From Octopus bimaculoides (taxonomy: Eukaryota): a stretch of 64,000 nt of DNA. Shown in pieces: positions 1 through 11,660 of the stretch. The stretch covers positions 27,567,319 through 27,631,318 of the forward strand of contig NC_068996.1 in assembly GCF_001194135.2 (NCBI RefSeq). The letters are read 5' to 3'. A program made the position numbers and the translations under genes. Every line of letters begins with the position of its first letter. The stretch's first letter is position 1. The notes beneath the pieces were generated by a model. It searched no databases. It was not told where the DNA came from and saw only the letters and a program-made list of their open reading frames with translations.

Positions 1-392
1 GAGATGAAAGTTTAATCTATGACGTTGTATGTATCACTTTCTCTCTCTCTCCCTCTCCCTCTTTTACTCTTACTCTCTATATTTTTATGTTGAGCGCGTG
101 TGTAAGAATGACGTTCCAGGTAGCAGGGATGAAATATAAAAGTTGCTAGAAACAACAGCCAAATTTCCATTAAATCACACAAAGTAAACGGAATTTTAAA
201 AATCTAATTACTGCACTGGAAAGTTTAGATTGAGAAAATTCCATTGATGTAAAAAATTTTACGAAAAAGTGGAAAATGTGGATTTCTATAAACATTCAAA
301 AAGGCTTCACACAAACACACAATTTCAGATTTATATATTAAGATATATATATATATAACAACAATTTAGTATTAACTAAAACCACTCAATCA

Positions 393-620
393 TCATTATT
401 TAACATCTGTTTTTCATGCTGACATGTTGGACTGCTTGACAGGAACAGGTAAGGTCAAGGGCCACATTAGGTTCCAGTCTGATTTGACTTGGTTTCTACG
501 GCTGGATGCCCTTACTAATGCCAACCACTCCACAGAGTGAACTGGGTGCTTTTCTATGTGGCACCATCACAGGTGCTTTTTAAATAGCACCAGCACCAGT
601 GCTTTTTATGTGGCATCTTG
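393..620 (-). mobile_element. RTE-type LINE 3' end (degenerate)
   Basis: Same sequence family as 19650-20130 and 30823-31330 (catcatt..tttaacatc..catgctgacatg..ggctggatgccctt..ccaaccactcc). At 32000-32230 this family directly follows an RTE C-terminal reading frame. Confidence 0.7.
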
Positions 621-959
621 GTTTTAGGATCTCAGTTCTGTTGTTGTGAGCAAGTCTTCTCAAGTACAGCAATGCACCACGTATTTTATTCCTGTCATTT
701 CCTTCGTAAATTTCAACATTTTGAGATTGGCTGTCAAAACTTCAGCCCATGTCTTCCTGGACCTCCCTCTTCCACAACTTCACTCAATATAAGTGATCGA
801 CACTTAAGTAATTGGCCCTGGAATCACTTTTGTAACTTCTGCTGATTAAATAAAATATGTTCATGTATTGAGTTTTATTTAATCTGGTTCTGCTACCAAA
901 CTTATCTCTCACCTTGTGTATCATTATCATCATATTTTATATTAGTTCAATGATGATAT

Positions 960-1450
960 TGGGCATACCTCATAGAATTTCAACAAATCCTTTTCTGCAT
1001 ACTAAAGCTTGTCTGGAATTTTTGTTTCACTAAAGATTCTCCTTGGAAAACTATTTTGGGAGCATACAGAACTTCACAAGACAGCTGCTCTTAAATTCCT
1101 CTGTTATGGTTTGAAAGAGTAATCAATAGGAGGGAACTGATCACTTAAACCTGGAGAATCTCTTCCTATACACTGAATGCATTAATGACTCACATTTTGC
1201 TGATTAAGCCTCTGTATATAGCTTGTATAACACACACAAGCCATTCATCCTATCCTAGTTTCCTTAGTGACAGTCTGTTAACAGAGCAAGAAATTTTATC
1301 AAAGGTCTTTTCCAGATCAACAAATGCAAAGTAACATGATCAATGAATGCAATGAGACAGCTGCAAGAGAAGTACACAGCTAGGAGTTGCATACTCCTAG
1401 TTGTGTATTTCTCTTGCAGTTGTCTTGTTGGGTATATAGTGTTAGTGGTA
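960..1450 (-). mobile_element. RTE LINE reverse transcriptase fragment (pseudogenised)
   Basis: Minus strand reads ..VDLEKTFDK..LSLRKLG*DEWLVCVIQAIY..LQTITEEFKSSC.., matching the RT DLEKAFD / LRKLGVDEWLV region, with stops and frameshifts. Boundaries approximate. Confidence 0.75.
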
Positions 1451-1542
1451 CTGCTTCCTGAGGCAAAGTTGCAGCTTTTTCAAAATAAGACAGTATGTAA
1501 GATTATTTTCAAAACAAAAGCATTTAATTATTATATAATAAG

Positions 1543-1930
1543 GCATGGCTGTATGGTTAAGAAGCCTGCTTTGCAACTATATGGCTTTGTATCCAGTCTC
1601 ACTGTGTGGCACTTTAGGCAAATGTCTTCTATTATAGCTCAGGGCTGACCAATGCCTTGTGAGCGAATTTGGTTGATGAAAACTGTGTAGAAGCTCATTG
1701 TGTGTGTATATGCGGGCGGGCTTCTTTTTTTCTTATCCCCTCTCGTTTGATAATCAGTATTGATTTTGATGAACCGTTACGTGGGACGTAAACAAACGAT
1801 GTTCCTTGCAACTTAGCGCTTTGGAAAAAGAAACCGATAGAATAAGCTGAGATTGATTTGTTCGACTAAAATCCTTCAAAGGTGTACCTCCAGCATGGCC
1901 GCAGTCCAATGACTGAAACAAGTAACGGAT
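1543..1930 (+). mobile_element. tRNA-derived SINE with CORE-like domain
   Basis: ggctgtatggttaagaag..gtggcactttaggcaaatgtcttct..gtgagcgaatttggt. Recurs at ~6950, 23183, 29790, 42770 (+) and 45590 (+). Confidence 0.7.
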
Positions 1931-1949
1931 AAAAGATATATATATATAT

Positions 1950-2106
1950 ATACGTATAAGAAGGGGTGACCACTAAATGGACATCCATTATGCTAGAAAT
2001 AGACCAATAAACTAGATTAGGCACCCGAAGACAGCAATGACCATTTTAGCAGTCTATTTCTAGCATAATGGATGTCCACTTAGAGGTCATCCCTTCTTAT
2101 ACATAT
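1950..2106. repeat. Hairpin: ~50-bp inverted repeat with ~47-bp loop
   Basis: tataagaaggggtgaccactaaatggacatccattatgctagaaatagac (1955-2004) pairs with gtctatttctagcataatggatgtccacttagaggtcatcccttcttata (2052-2101), with few mismatches. Confidence 0.9.
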
Positions 2107-2689
2107 GCAAAACAATTTTTCTGAATTTTCAGATTTTTCTTTATGCTAGACCACTGATTTTAAATTGGTGTTAATTAAATTAATATCCAATTTATCACCC
2201 TTATTATTTAAATTTATATATATCCGATAATAAATATAACACACACGGTAAGTGGTCATTAAGATGGGTTGCTAGGGCAAAACAATGCCCTTGGTGGCCA
2301 TCTTAGCAAACTAGGTGAAGAGATACATAATAGTGTCACATACACCACTACAATACATTGCTAACACTATTACACATATACCAATGCACACACAACCACA
2401 CCACATACATACACTACTTACAGGTCATTATATACATTTCCACTACACATAAATACACTCACTACGATAAACAAAACTGCACATACACCACTACAGACAC
2501 AACACGTACATACACAATTACACGTGCATTGCTACACACACAATTACAAATACTACGCATACTACATATACACCAATATACACACGACTGCACAAACACA
2601 TTGTGTGCGGTCAGTATTTGTTTCAGCCAAAACTGCTAAAATGGTTACTGCTGTCTTCGGGTGCATAATCTAGTTTAATGTTGATTTTA

Positions 2690-2937
2690 ACACCAGTTGC
2701 TTAAATCTCATCGAAGTTCTACCTTCCTTGATTGTAAATTGAGTGGGTGTGTTCGACCGCGTTGCCCGGCTGGTTGAAAACTGGGTCAAACGGTGTCAGC
2801 CGAAATAGTCATCTCTTCCTGTTTACACAGCCTCTGTTTATACGGTCTGTAACGTTCGCGAAGGTCGCTTCGTAATATCTTTTAGTCTCTTTCATTTCGT
2901 TGATATTTACTGTCGTATCTAAAAATAAATCTTCAAG
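2690..2937 (+). promoter_or_regulatory. CpG-enriched putative promoter/5' UTR of the Tom5-like gene
   Basis: Local CpG excess (gttcgaccgcgttgcccggc, aacgttcgcgaaggtcgcttcg) in otherwise CpG-poor DNA, directly upstream of ATG 2938. Confidence 0.5.
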
Positions 2938-3052
2938 ATGATGCGAATGCAGAAGGACCGTGTCGACCCCGAAGAAGAGAAGAAGAAGGCCAGACAACAA
3001 ACAATGCAGACAGTAGCTTTCTTCGTGATGGTGTGTGGTTTTATACGTGCAA
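2938..3052 (+). CDS. TOMM5: Tom5-like mitochondrial import receptor subunit, coding exon 1
   Basis: MMRMQKDRVDPEEEKKKARQQTMQTVAFFVMVCGFIRA plus 1 nt, then donor A|gtgagt. The DPEE-basic stretch, hydrophobic segment and R..P pattern resemble human TOMM5 ([31 protein letters not shown], recalled). Confidence 0.75.
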
Positions 3053-3823
3053 GTGAGTGACCTTAATTAACACTTTCACCTTCACTTTAAATAACAAACA
3101 TAGTTCACATGTGAATACAATAATAAGGTTATATCATCGTTTCAGTGTTCTTGTTTGAAAATCAGGTGTTTGTTTGAAACTGCCACTGCTTTTATTTCAT
3201 TAGTTTGACAAATGTAAAGCAGAAATTTTGCAATTTAATTAAGACAAAATTTTGGGGCGTTAGGAAACCTCTGTAGTGACTATTGAGGCACGCCAGCATG
3301 CTTGGAGCATTGCCGCAGGTTATAACATTTATTTATAGCTTTACAAAATTTAAAAGTATACATAAAAATAGTTTGACAAATTCTTACCGTAAACAAATAT
3401 ATGATTATCCTGTATTTGAACTGTCGGCATTGATCATAAATAGTTTGTGAAACGCTTTCTGATAAACAGTCTAGTCTACAATTTCAGTTACTAATTAGTG
3501 ACATTAGCTATAAAACGAAGCAAATGTTTAATACTACTGTTCGATCTGTTTACCGTTTTATTTGGACCCTTTAAAAAAATTAATCTTTATTTCTTTTTAT
3601 ATTTAAAATTTTTGTAATTAGAAGCTTTGGTGGAGCGGGAAAAATGTAAAACTAATCAAAATTTTGTAACAATTAACTATAGATGTTTAAACCAATTCAA
3701 TTTAAAACGTTTGTAAGTTAACATGTATGTCCTTCATCTTTTATATAGCCTAAAATAAGTTCTGGGGCCAAATCATTAAAGGCCCCAGAATCTCCATAGT
3801 TCAATGATCGAATGCCATATATA

Positions 3824-3860
<37 letters not shown>

Positions 3861-4824
3861 NNNNNNNNNNNNNNNNNNNNNNNNNNNNNNNNNNNNNNNN
3901 NNNNNNNNNNNNNNNNNNNNNNNNNNNNNNNNNNNNNNNNNNNNNNNNNNNNNNNNNNNNNNNNNNNNNNNNNNNNNNNNNNNNNNNNNNNNNNNNNNNN
4001 NNNNNNNNNNNNNNNNNNNNNNNNNNNNNNNNNNNNNNNNNNNNNNNNNNNNNNNNNNNNNNNNNNNNNNNNNNNNNNNNNNNNNNNNNNNNNNNNNNNN
4101 NNNNNNNNNNNNNNNNNNNNNNNNNNNNNNNNNNNNNNNNNNNNNNNNNNNNNNNNNNNNNNNNNNNNNNNNNNNNNNNNNNNNNNNNNNNNNNNNNNNN
4201 NNNNNNNNNNNNNNNNNNNNNNNNNNNNNNNNNNNNNNNNNNNNNNNNNNNNNNNNNNNNNNNNNNNNNNNNNNNNNNNNNNNNNNNNNNNNNNNNNNNN
4301 NNNNNNNNNNNNNNNNNNNNNNNNNNNNNNNNNNNNNNNNNNNNNNNNNNNNNNNNNNNNNNNNNNNNNNNNNNNNNNNNNNNNNNNNNNNNNNNNNNNN
4401 NNNNNNNNNNNNNNNNNNNNNNNNNNNNNNNNNNNNNNNNNNNNNNNNNNNNNNNNNNNNNNNNNNNNNNNNNNNNNNNNNNNNNNNNNNNNNNNNNNNN
4501 NNNNNNNNNNNNNNNNNNNNNNNNNNNNNNNNNNNNNNNNNNNNNNNNNNNNNNNNNNNNNNNNNNNNNNNNNNNNNNNNNNNNNNNNNNNNNNNNNNNN
4601 NNNNNNNNNNNNNNNNNNNNNNNNNNNNNNNNNNNNNNNNNNNNNNNNNNNNNNNNNNNNNNNNNNNNNNNNNNNNNNNNNNNNNNNNNNNNNNNNNNNN
4701 NNNNNNNNNNNNNNNNNNNNNNNNNNNNNNNNNNNNNNNNNNNNNNNNNNNNNNNNNNNNNNNNNNNNNNNNNNNNNNNNNNNNNNNNNNNNNNNNNNNN
4801 NNNNNNNNNNNNNNNNNNNNNNNN
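3861..4824. other. Assembly gap (N) flanked by (TA)n
   Basis: Run of N; overlapping ORFs are artefacts. Confidence 1.
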
Positions 4825-6695
4825 TATATATATATTTTATTCTTTTCCTTGTTACTGTCATTTGACTGCGGCCATGCTGGAGCAGTACTTATTCTATCAG
4901 TCTCTTTTGCTGAACCACTTAGTTACGGTGGGAGGGGTACTGACACAAACACAAATATATACGATAGACTTCTTTCAGTTTCTGTCTACTAAATCCACTC
5001 ATAAGGCTTTGGTTGGCCCAATGCTATAGTAGAAGACACCTGACCAAGCTGCCATGCAATGGGACTGAATCCAGAACAATATATATATGTGTGTGTGTGT
5101 GTGACATAAAGAAAGTCAGAAGGTATGAGATGAATATATTTCAACAGTTGACATCCATAAGAATTTGATTGTTTTGCAGCCAACATCATGGAAAAATAAT
5201 TTATTTTAGTGTATAATAAATTATTTTACATGTCTTTACTTAGGTATATGTTATAAATTACATAGTACTATTGTACATTTTGCAAGCTAAAACAGGTATA
5301 GAAGGCTAGTGCTTCAGATTCATAGAATATCAGGGTTACATCCATTATTCAACTCCCATATATACATACAAAATGTCAGCTTCAAATTAATGTATGGAAG
5401 ACAATAATTAATAAAAAAAAGAAGTTTTCTATAGAAGGGAAGAAAGGAGATTTAATAAGATATTAAAAAGGAAACAGTAGGTGGTAGCAGTGGAAATGAA
5501 GATTGTGTATAATAGATAGTTTGTTGTTAATAGCCTAAAAGTATTAATAATAGAGAGAGAAAAGTTTAATGAAAGGAGAGAGGAAAACTTTTTCTTGGTA
5601 TCCTTCTAGACCAAAGTCTAACTAACAACTAACCTATGTTGAGGGATGCACTCTCCAAACTTACCTTTCAATGTACCCATGTTGAGTGAGTTGACTCTAA
5701 GAGAGAGGAAGGGGTGGCAAGGGTTGCTGTGTTAGTGCCAGTTAATCTATAATACAAATGGTATGTATTTGAAACTAATGTGTATTTTTACTAGGCTGTT
5801 CTAAGTCAGTAAGGAAATGAATTAAATGAGATTTTAGCTGCTACTACTTAAAAATTTAAGTGACTACATTAAGGTTCCCTCAGTTCATTTTGCTTGTTAT
5901 TGAAATCTGAATTATAGACTAAAACATCTGGTTATAAGTCTTATTCTTTCAGTTTCTTTGCCTAACTACTAAATTACAAGACACAATTGAATCAACACTG
6001 GGTATCAAACAGCGACAAATGCATGTGCACACACATAATGTACATGTGTAAGAGGCTTCTGTACAGTTTTCTCCACTCAAATGACATTAACTGGTCTGGA
6101 GCTATAGAAGACACTTGCCCAATGTGTCATGCAGTGAAACTGAATCTGAAAAAGCATGGTTCTGAAGTGAATTTCTTAACCACACAATCTTGCCTTGTTT
6201 ACCCTTGTTGATCAATCCTGATTGAGTAGACCTTATAATAAAAGGCATACTTGCCATGGCTATTTTGGCTTTTTCAAAGGTATCTAGGACTACCTTATCT
6301 AGTGAGTTCTTTGTACATTAGCCATTGGGATTTCAAGGGATATCTAGCTGCTGTTTGTGTCACATTGTGTCACAGAACATCATACTGATTTTAAATTTTA
6401 ATACAAGGCCAGCAATTTCGGGTGAAGGGTTAGTCAATTACATCAACCCCAGTATTCAACTGGTGCTTATTTTTTCGACCCAAAAGGATGAAAAGCAAAG
6501 CCAGTCTCAGTGGAATTTGAACTGAGACTGTAAAGATGAGCAAGATACAACTAAGCATTTTGCCCAGCATGCTATCAATTCTGCCAGCCTGCTGTCTTAT
6601 CACAGGACATCATATTAAAAGCAGTTCCTGCTGGGTAGTGTGATGCATAGAGCAGCAGTTGTCTATATAATCCCCAATCTCTTTCTCTCTCTCTT

Positions 6696-6741
<46 letters not shown>

Positions 6742-6920
6742 ATTGGTATGACACCTGGTTTCAGACAATTAGTCATATTGACTCCAGTTTTTATATTATC
6801 AATATCTATTTACCAGCTAAGTTAACCTTTTTATTGTTTTTGATGTAAAGGGACATAATTCTAATCGTATGCATACATTAGTAAATATAAATCACAGATA
6901 TATACTCATATGTGTGTATG

Positions 6921-6951
<31 letters not shown>

Positions 6952-7810
6952 TAGGTGACTGTGTTGTAAGTAGTTTGCTTCCCAGGTTCAATCCCTCTAT
7001 GTGGCACTGTAGATAATTGTCTTTTATAACCGCAAGCCAACCAAAGCCATATTATGAGTGGGTTTAGTTGACAGAAACTATATCGTGTGTGTGTTACTAT
7101 CTCCAAGCTGTGACATCATATGGTAGTTGTAAAACATGTGTCACCATAATGCAGTGTTATTCATCTCCAATATTCTGTGAGAACATGTCTGACCATGGGG
7201 AAATATTACATTTCTTGGATACAGGTAAGGGTTCTGGCTATAGAAAATCTGCTTCAACAAATTTTGTCTGGCCTGTTAAAATGATTATATATATATATAT
7301 ATATATTTATACACACACACATATATATATATATATATACACAAATAATGTGTGTGTATGAGACAGATTTTCAAACAGTTTCTGATTACCAAATTCTACT
7401 CACATGGTACCCAACTATAGCAGAAGACTCTTGATTATTGAACCTGTTATCATGAAACAGACATCTTGAACATACAACCATACTTTTCTCTCTCACATGC
7501 TCACACACACGTGCACATGCGCATTACATCCATCATTTTTGTAGGTTCATTAAATATAGGTTTTATTGTAATAACTGTTTATGGTTGGATAGTGTTCTCA
7601 TCATTAATCACTGAACAAATTCTAGTTCAGTTTCATAATTATTCCCCTGGTATTCAGAGACAGACTGGGGACAAACTGTGTAAACTGTGTTGCTTGTGGC
7701 ACAATGACCAATTAAGTAAACAGTAATGTAATTTGAACACATGCACATGTAGTTCAGTAACGGAAGCCATTGTATTTTAAAACTGAATTTTCTTTTTATT
7801 TTCCTTTCAG

Positions 7811-7839
7811 TTCCCATCATGATGGAACGGTTCAATTAA
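7811..7839 (+). CDS. TOMM5: Tom5-like gene, coding exon 2 (terminal)
   Basis: Strong acceptor ttttctttttattttcctttcag|TT CCC ATC ATG ATG GAA CGG TTC AAT TAA. Phase 1 matches exon 1 and gives (I)PIMMERFN*; the product is 47 aa. Confidence 0.7.
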
Positions 7840-8094
7840 GTCTGGTTGAACAAGAAGACTAAAGAAACATTTCTAGAAGAGACAGTTTGAAGACCTTAGA
7901 ACAAAATGAACTAGATCTGCTGTTTGGTGCAGACCACAGTTATGTCTTCATATGTTCAGCACCAATCCAAAATATGGAAGGTGTGCAGTTTTCTGGAATA
8001 CGGTTGTATCATCATAGCTTCTGTACTCCAACGATGGATGGTTTGGTGCAGTGTTGTGGGTTACAGTTTTCATTCATTAGAAGTCATTCCAAAC

Positions 8095-8100
8095 ATTAAA
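8095..8100 (+). terminator. Candidate polyadenylation signal ATTAAA of the Tom5-like gene
   Basis: ATTAAA ~255 nt after the stop, followed by T-rich sequence. Confidence 0.4.
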
Positions 8101-8611
8101 AATACCTGTTAATTATGACTTGTTGTTTATATTTATTCATAATTTAAAAAATTTTTAATGGTTTTAGCCAGAGATGGTGGGAGAACTCTTATGACCTCTC
8201 CTCTCCTTCAAAGTAGAAGGAAGGGATAAAGTTCTACTCAAACTAGAGACCGGACCCAAATGTTTGCAACAGGATGGACTCTGCTAAAAGCATCCAAGGA
8301 CCAGGTGGTGGTGGTTTAACTGGGTGGTGAATTAAGTCTGCTACCCAAAATTACAATTGCTGTTAATTAAAAACACAAAAAGTTATAAAAGTGTTTTTAC
8401 TACAGAATATCAGCCCTCACTGCTCATATCTATAGTGCTGGTATCAACTTGCAACAATTTAAGCAGAAGTTTAATGGCTTAATCACATTGGTTTCGAAGA
8501 ATCTGTGAAGGCTGTAGGCACTGATTTTTCCTTCAGACCTGCCAAGTTAAAAAAAAATAATGCCCAGTCATCATATGTGACCACTTCAAAGAAAGTGATT
8601 TCATCAGCATC

Positions 8612-8850
8612 CCTTATTTCTTTATTGCCCACAAGGGGCTTAAACATAGAGGGGACAATCAAGGACAGACAAAGGGATTAATTTGATTGCATCGACTCCA
8701 GTACGTAACTGGTACTTAATTTATCGACCTCGAAAGGATGAAAGGCAAAGACAACCTCGATGGAATTTGAACTCCGAACATAATGGCAGACAAAATACTG
8801 GTAAGCATTTCGCCCGGTGTGCTAACGTTTCTGCCAGGTCGCTGCCTTGT
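8612..8850 (-). mobile_element. tRNA-derived SINE (Meta-domain-like core gcctttcatcctttcggggtcgataaattaagtaccag)
   Basis: Near-identical copies at 20943-21180 (-), 25700-25905 (-) and 43975-44140 (+), plus many decayed copies. Box A/B-like head (ggcgagctggcagaaacgttagc..gagttcaaattcc). Confidence 0.8.
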
Positions 8851-9312
8851 CAACCTCAAAAGTTCACACCACAGCTACCTCTTATCCTTAGCACACTTTC
8901 TCATCCCCACTCTCTCTTCAGCAATACACTACACTGTTTCCAAAAGAATAACTAGCTTACTGCTGACTATCGACATATTGATCTCACTTCCAAGATGAGG
9001 AAAACAGTTGTCAGCAGTCATTTTCCTGCATTATCTCTGACCTCTTGTCAATGACCAACAGTCTCCTGTAGAACTAGATCTATCAGCAGCATCCTGTGTC
9101 ATTAACCCCTGGTCTCTCTCCTACTTATAAACTTTGGAAAATAAAATGTTATACTTGATTAGTATTAATTTTTGCCTGTGTCTGATATGAGAATTTGCTA
9201 CCTAAATTATACCCCTGTCTCTCATTTCTTAGATTGGAAGTTTTCTGTTAGACATTGCAGTGTGTGCTGTCAGGGATATCTCTATTAGTTATGGGCTGCT
9301 CTAATGCCTGTA

Positions 9313-9531
9313 TTAATCCTTTAACATTCAATTCAGCCAAAATATTCTACCCATTTTATGTTCAAACAGGCCAAATCTGACCTCTTACACCAACCCTACA
9401 ATGTCATTCTAAAAATAAACAATCATAATCACTGAAATCTCAGAGCCACGAGATAATGCATGACTAATTCAAAACAATGTGAATAAATAGGCATTGTATT
9501 TAGCAGAATAATCTGAATGCTAAAAGGTTAA
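9313..9531. mobile_element. piggyBac-like MITE (~220 bp)
   Basis: TTAA at both ends with TIR-like (c)cctttaacattc..gaatgctaaaagg. Related copies at 12079-12280, 35313-35527, 52411-52610 and 55015-55195. Confidence 0.65.
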
Positions 9532-9924
9532 AACTTCATAACTCAAGTAAAAAAAAAAGGAAAAGAAAAGTCACTTGCTAATAAGCCATTTCTTGTATTA
9601 TGTAATCAAAAAATATTTTACAGTTGCTGTTAATAGAATTTGGCATGCAATCTTAGTTATGGTATCTAATTCAGATTTGTATTTTTCTACCCTGTCCACT
9701 TTTTTGAAAATAACAATTTGCTATGTGACCAGCAATAGTTGTTCAAAGAAGAATTTGTATATTTTTCTATCTCAGGTTATTAAAAATACTGAGAAAAATG
9801 AATTATTTTTACTGTAGATGATGAAGGTACAGTCCAGTAAGGGTATATAGATGGGGAAAACATCAAGCTAGTCAGGTGCATTGCCAACCAGATGATATAG
9901 GAAAGTGTCATAACTGATGACTGC

Positions 9925-10277
9925 CCTTGTTGTTGTTGTTGTTGGCACTCCGTCGCTTACGACGTCAAGGGTTCCAGATGATCCGATCAACTGCTCGTGA
10001 AATTAACGTGCAAGTGGCTGAGCACTCCACAGACACGTGTACCCTTAACGTAGTTCTCGGGGATATTCAGCGTGACACAGTGTGACAAGGCTGACCCTTT
10101 GAATTACAGGCACAACAGAAACAGGGAGAAAGTTGTGGTGAAAGAGTACAACAGGGTTCGCCACCATCCCCTGCCGGAGCTTTAGGTGTTTTCGCTCAAT
10201 AAACACTCACAACGCCCGGTCTGGGAATCGAAACCTTGAGTCCACTGCCCTAACCACTGGGCCATTGCGCCTCCACA
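9925..10277 (-). mobile_element. tRNA-derived SINE, relatively intact, with (CAA)n tail
   Basis: Minus strand head gtggaggcgcaatggcccagtggttagggc (box A) and ggtttcgattcc (box B); ends in (CAA)n. Confidence 0.8.
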
Positions 10278-10289
10278 CCCTTGTAGTAG

Positions 10290-10720
10290 TTGTAGATTAT
10301 ATTGCTACATCAAAGGAGATGCTCTGAAAAGAAGCAGCTACAAAAAGTATTAAAGTGACAGGCCAAGCAATGGAAAGAGTATTAGTGCAATTTGAGAGAA
10401 TCTGTGGAAGGGGTAAACCTAGGAAGATGTGAGACAAGGTGGTAGAATATGATCTTCAGTTGTGAGCTTCATGGAGACAATGACAAGTTACCAAGACTTC
10501 TGGCAATCTGCTGTGCTTGAGAAAATACATCAAGCTAAGTGAATTGTGGCCTTTGCCAGTGCTGGTGACATAGAAGGTGCCTGTGCACCCAGTATACTGT
10601 AAAGTGGCTGGCATTAAGAAAGGTACCAAGCTGAAATAGATGACTAGAGCCTGGTGCAGCTAACCAGTTCTAATCAAACTAACTCATGCCACAATGGAAA
10701 ACCGGCATTAAATGTTGATG
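10290..10720 (+). mobile_element. RTE LINE C-terminus and 3' UTR fragment
   Basis: GRGKPRK..DKVVEYDLQ-like frame followed by the degenerate 3' UTR family. Confidence 0.65.
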
Positions 10721-10739
10721 GTAATTAATAAATGAATAA

Positions 10740-11660
10740 TTCAGGTGAGATGCAGTAAAGAGTTCCTGTTTTCTGATCTACAGAAAGTTTTTGACAGGCT
10801 ATTATAGTCAGTAATTTGGTGATCTTTAAGAAAACTAGATGTAGATGAAGGGCTCATGAGAATGGTGCAAACCATATAGAAATCCAGTGAGCAAAGTGAG
10901 AGTTGGCAATAAGTTCAAAGAGGAATTCAATGTGTTTCTCTAGGCTTGCATCTCAGCTTTCCTCCCATTATAACTCTCCAAATAAGAATTGAGGAGTTTA
11001 AGACTAATGTCACTGTCCATAGCAACTCGTATACTGATGACATAGTGCTTATAGTAGAGTTGTAAAAGTTTCAGACATGGAAACAAAATTTAGAATTGTG
11101 ATGTCTCCAAGACGTAGCAAACAGGGAAGAAGAAAGGACCCTGCTACCATCAGAGAATTGGCTGTGTACTGTATGTAGAAAAGGAATAATGTTGTACTTT
11201 ATATATACTCCTAGTGCCCAAGTAGTGTAGTGGTACCATAAGATTTAGTATATCAAATGTACATAAGTAGTTAGCAGTCTGAGGACCAGTAAACATTTTT
11301 TTTTCCAATGTTCAGGAGGCTCTATAGAAAGTAGTTGATAGTTTCTGTCATCTAGGTGACCTAATCAACTATGGACGAAGGTGTTGTGAAATCATAATAG
11401 CCAGAATAAGTATAGGATGGAAAAGTTTCAGGGAGCTATCTGTTGCCAACAAGGGAATTCTCACTTTGAGTGAAAGGTAATTTGTGAGATGCTTGTGTAG
11501 GCTTTGTAGTAAGACGTGGACATTGAATACAAACACTGTGTAAAGACTGGAAAGAAATGAAGTATGAATTGCAATAATGTTAACGTCCATAAACAGGGCA
11601 CAAATGAGCTGAGAGATAAACTGGGACAAGAAGAATCAGATGTGTACAACAGAGATGACT
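10740..11660 (+). mobile_element. RTE LINE RT fragment (decayed)
   Basis: ..DLQKVFDR..SLRKLDVDEGLMRMVQTIY..SKVRVGNKF.. with many stops. Boundaries approximate. Confidence 0.65.

Noticed and set aside
2358-2639. 93-aa T/H/Y-rich ORF
   Set aside because: Degenerate (CA/TACA)n low-complexity DNA.
3804-5029. Long ORFs of 340-420 aa here and at 44241-44675, 54391-54748 and 60701-62003
   Set aside because: They consist of X residues from N gaps plus microsatellite translations.
9925-10277. Possible tRNA gene (box A/B)
   Set aside because: No complete cloverleaf; the head runs into a SINE body and simple-repeat tail.
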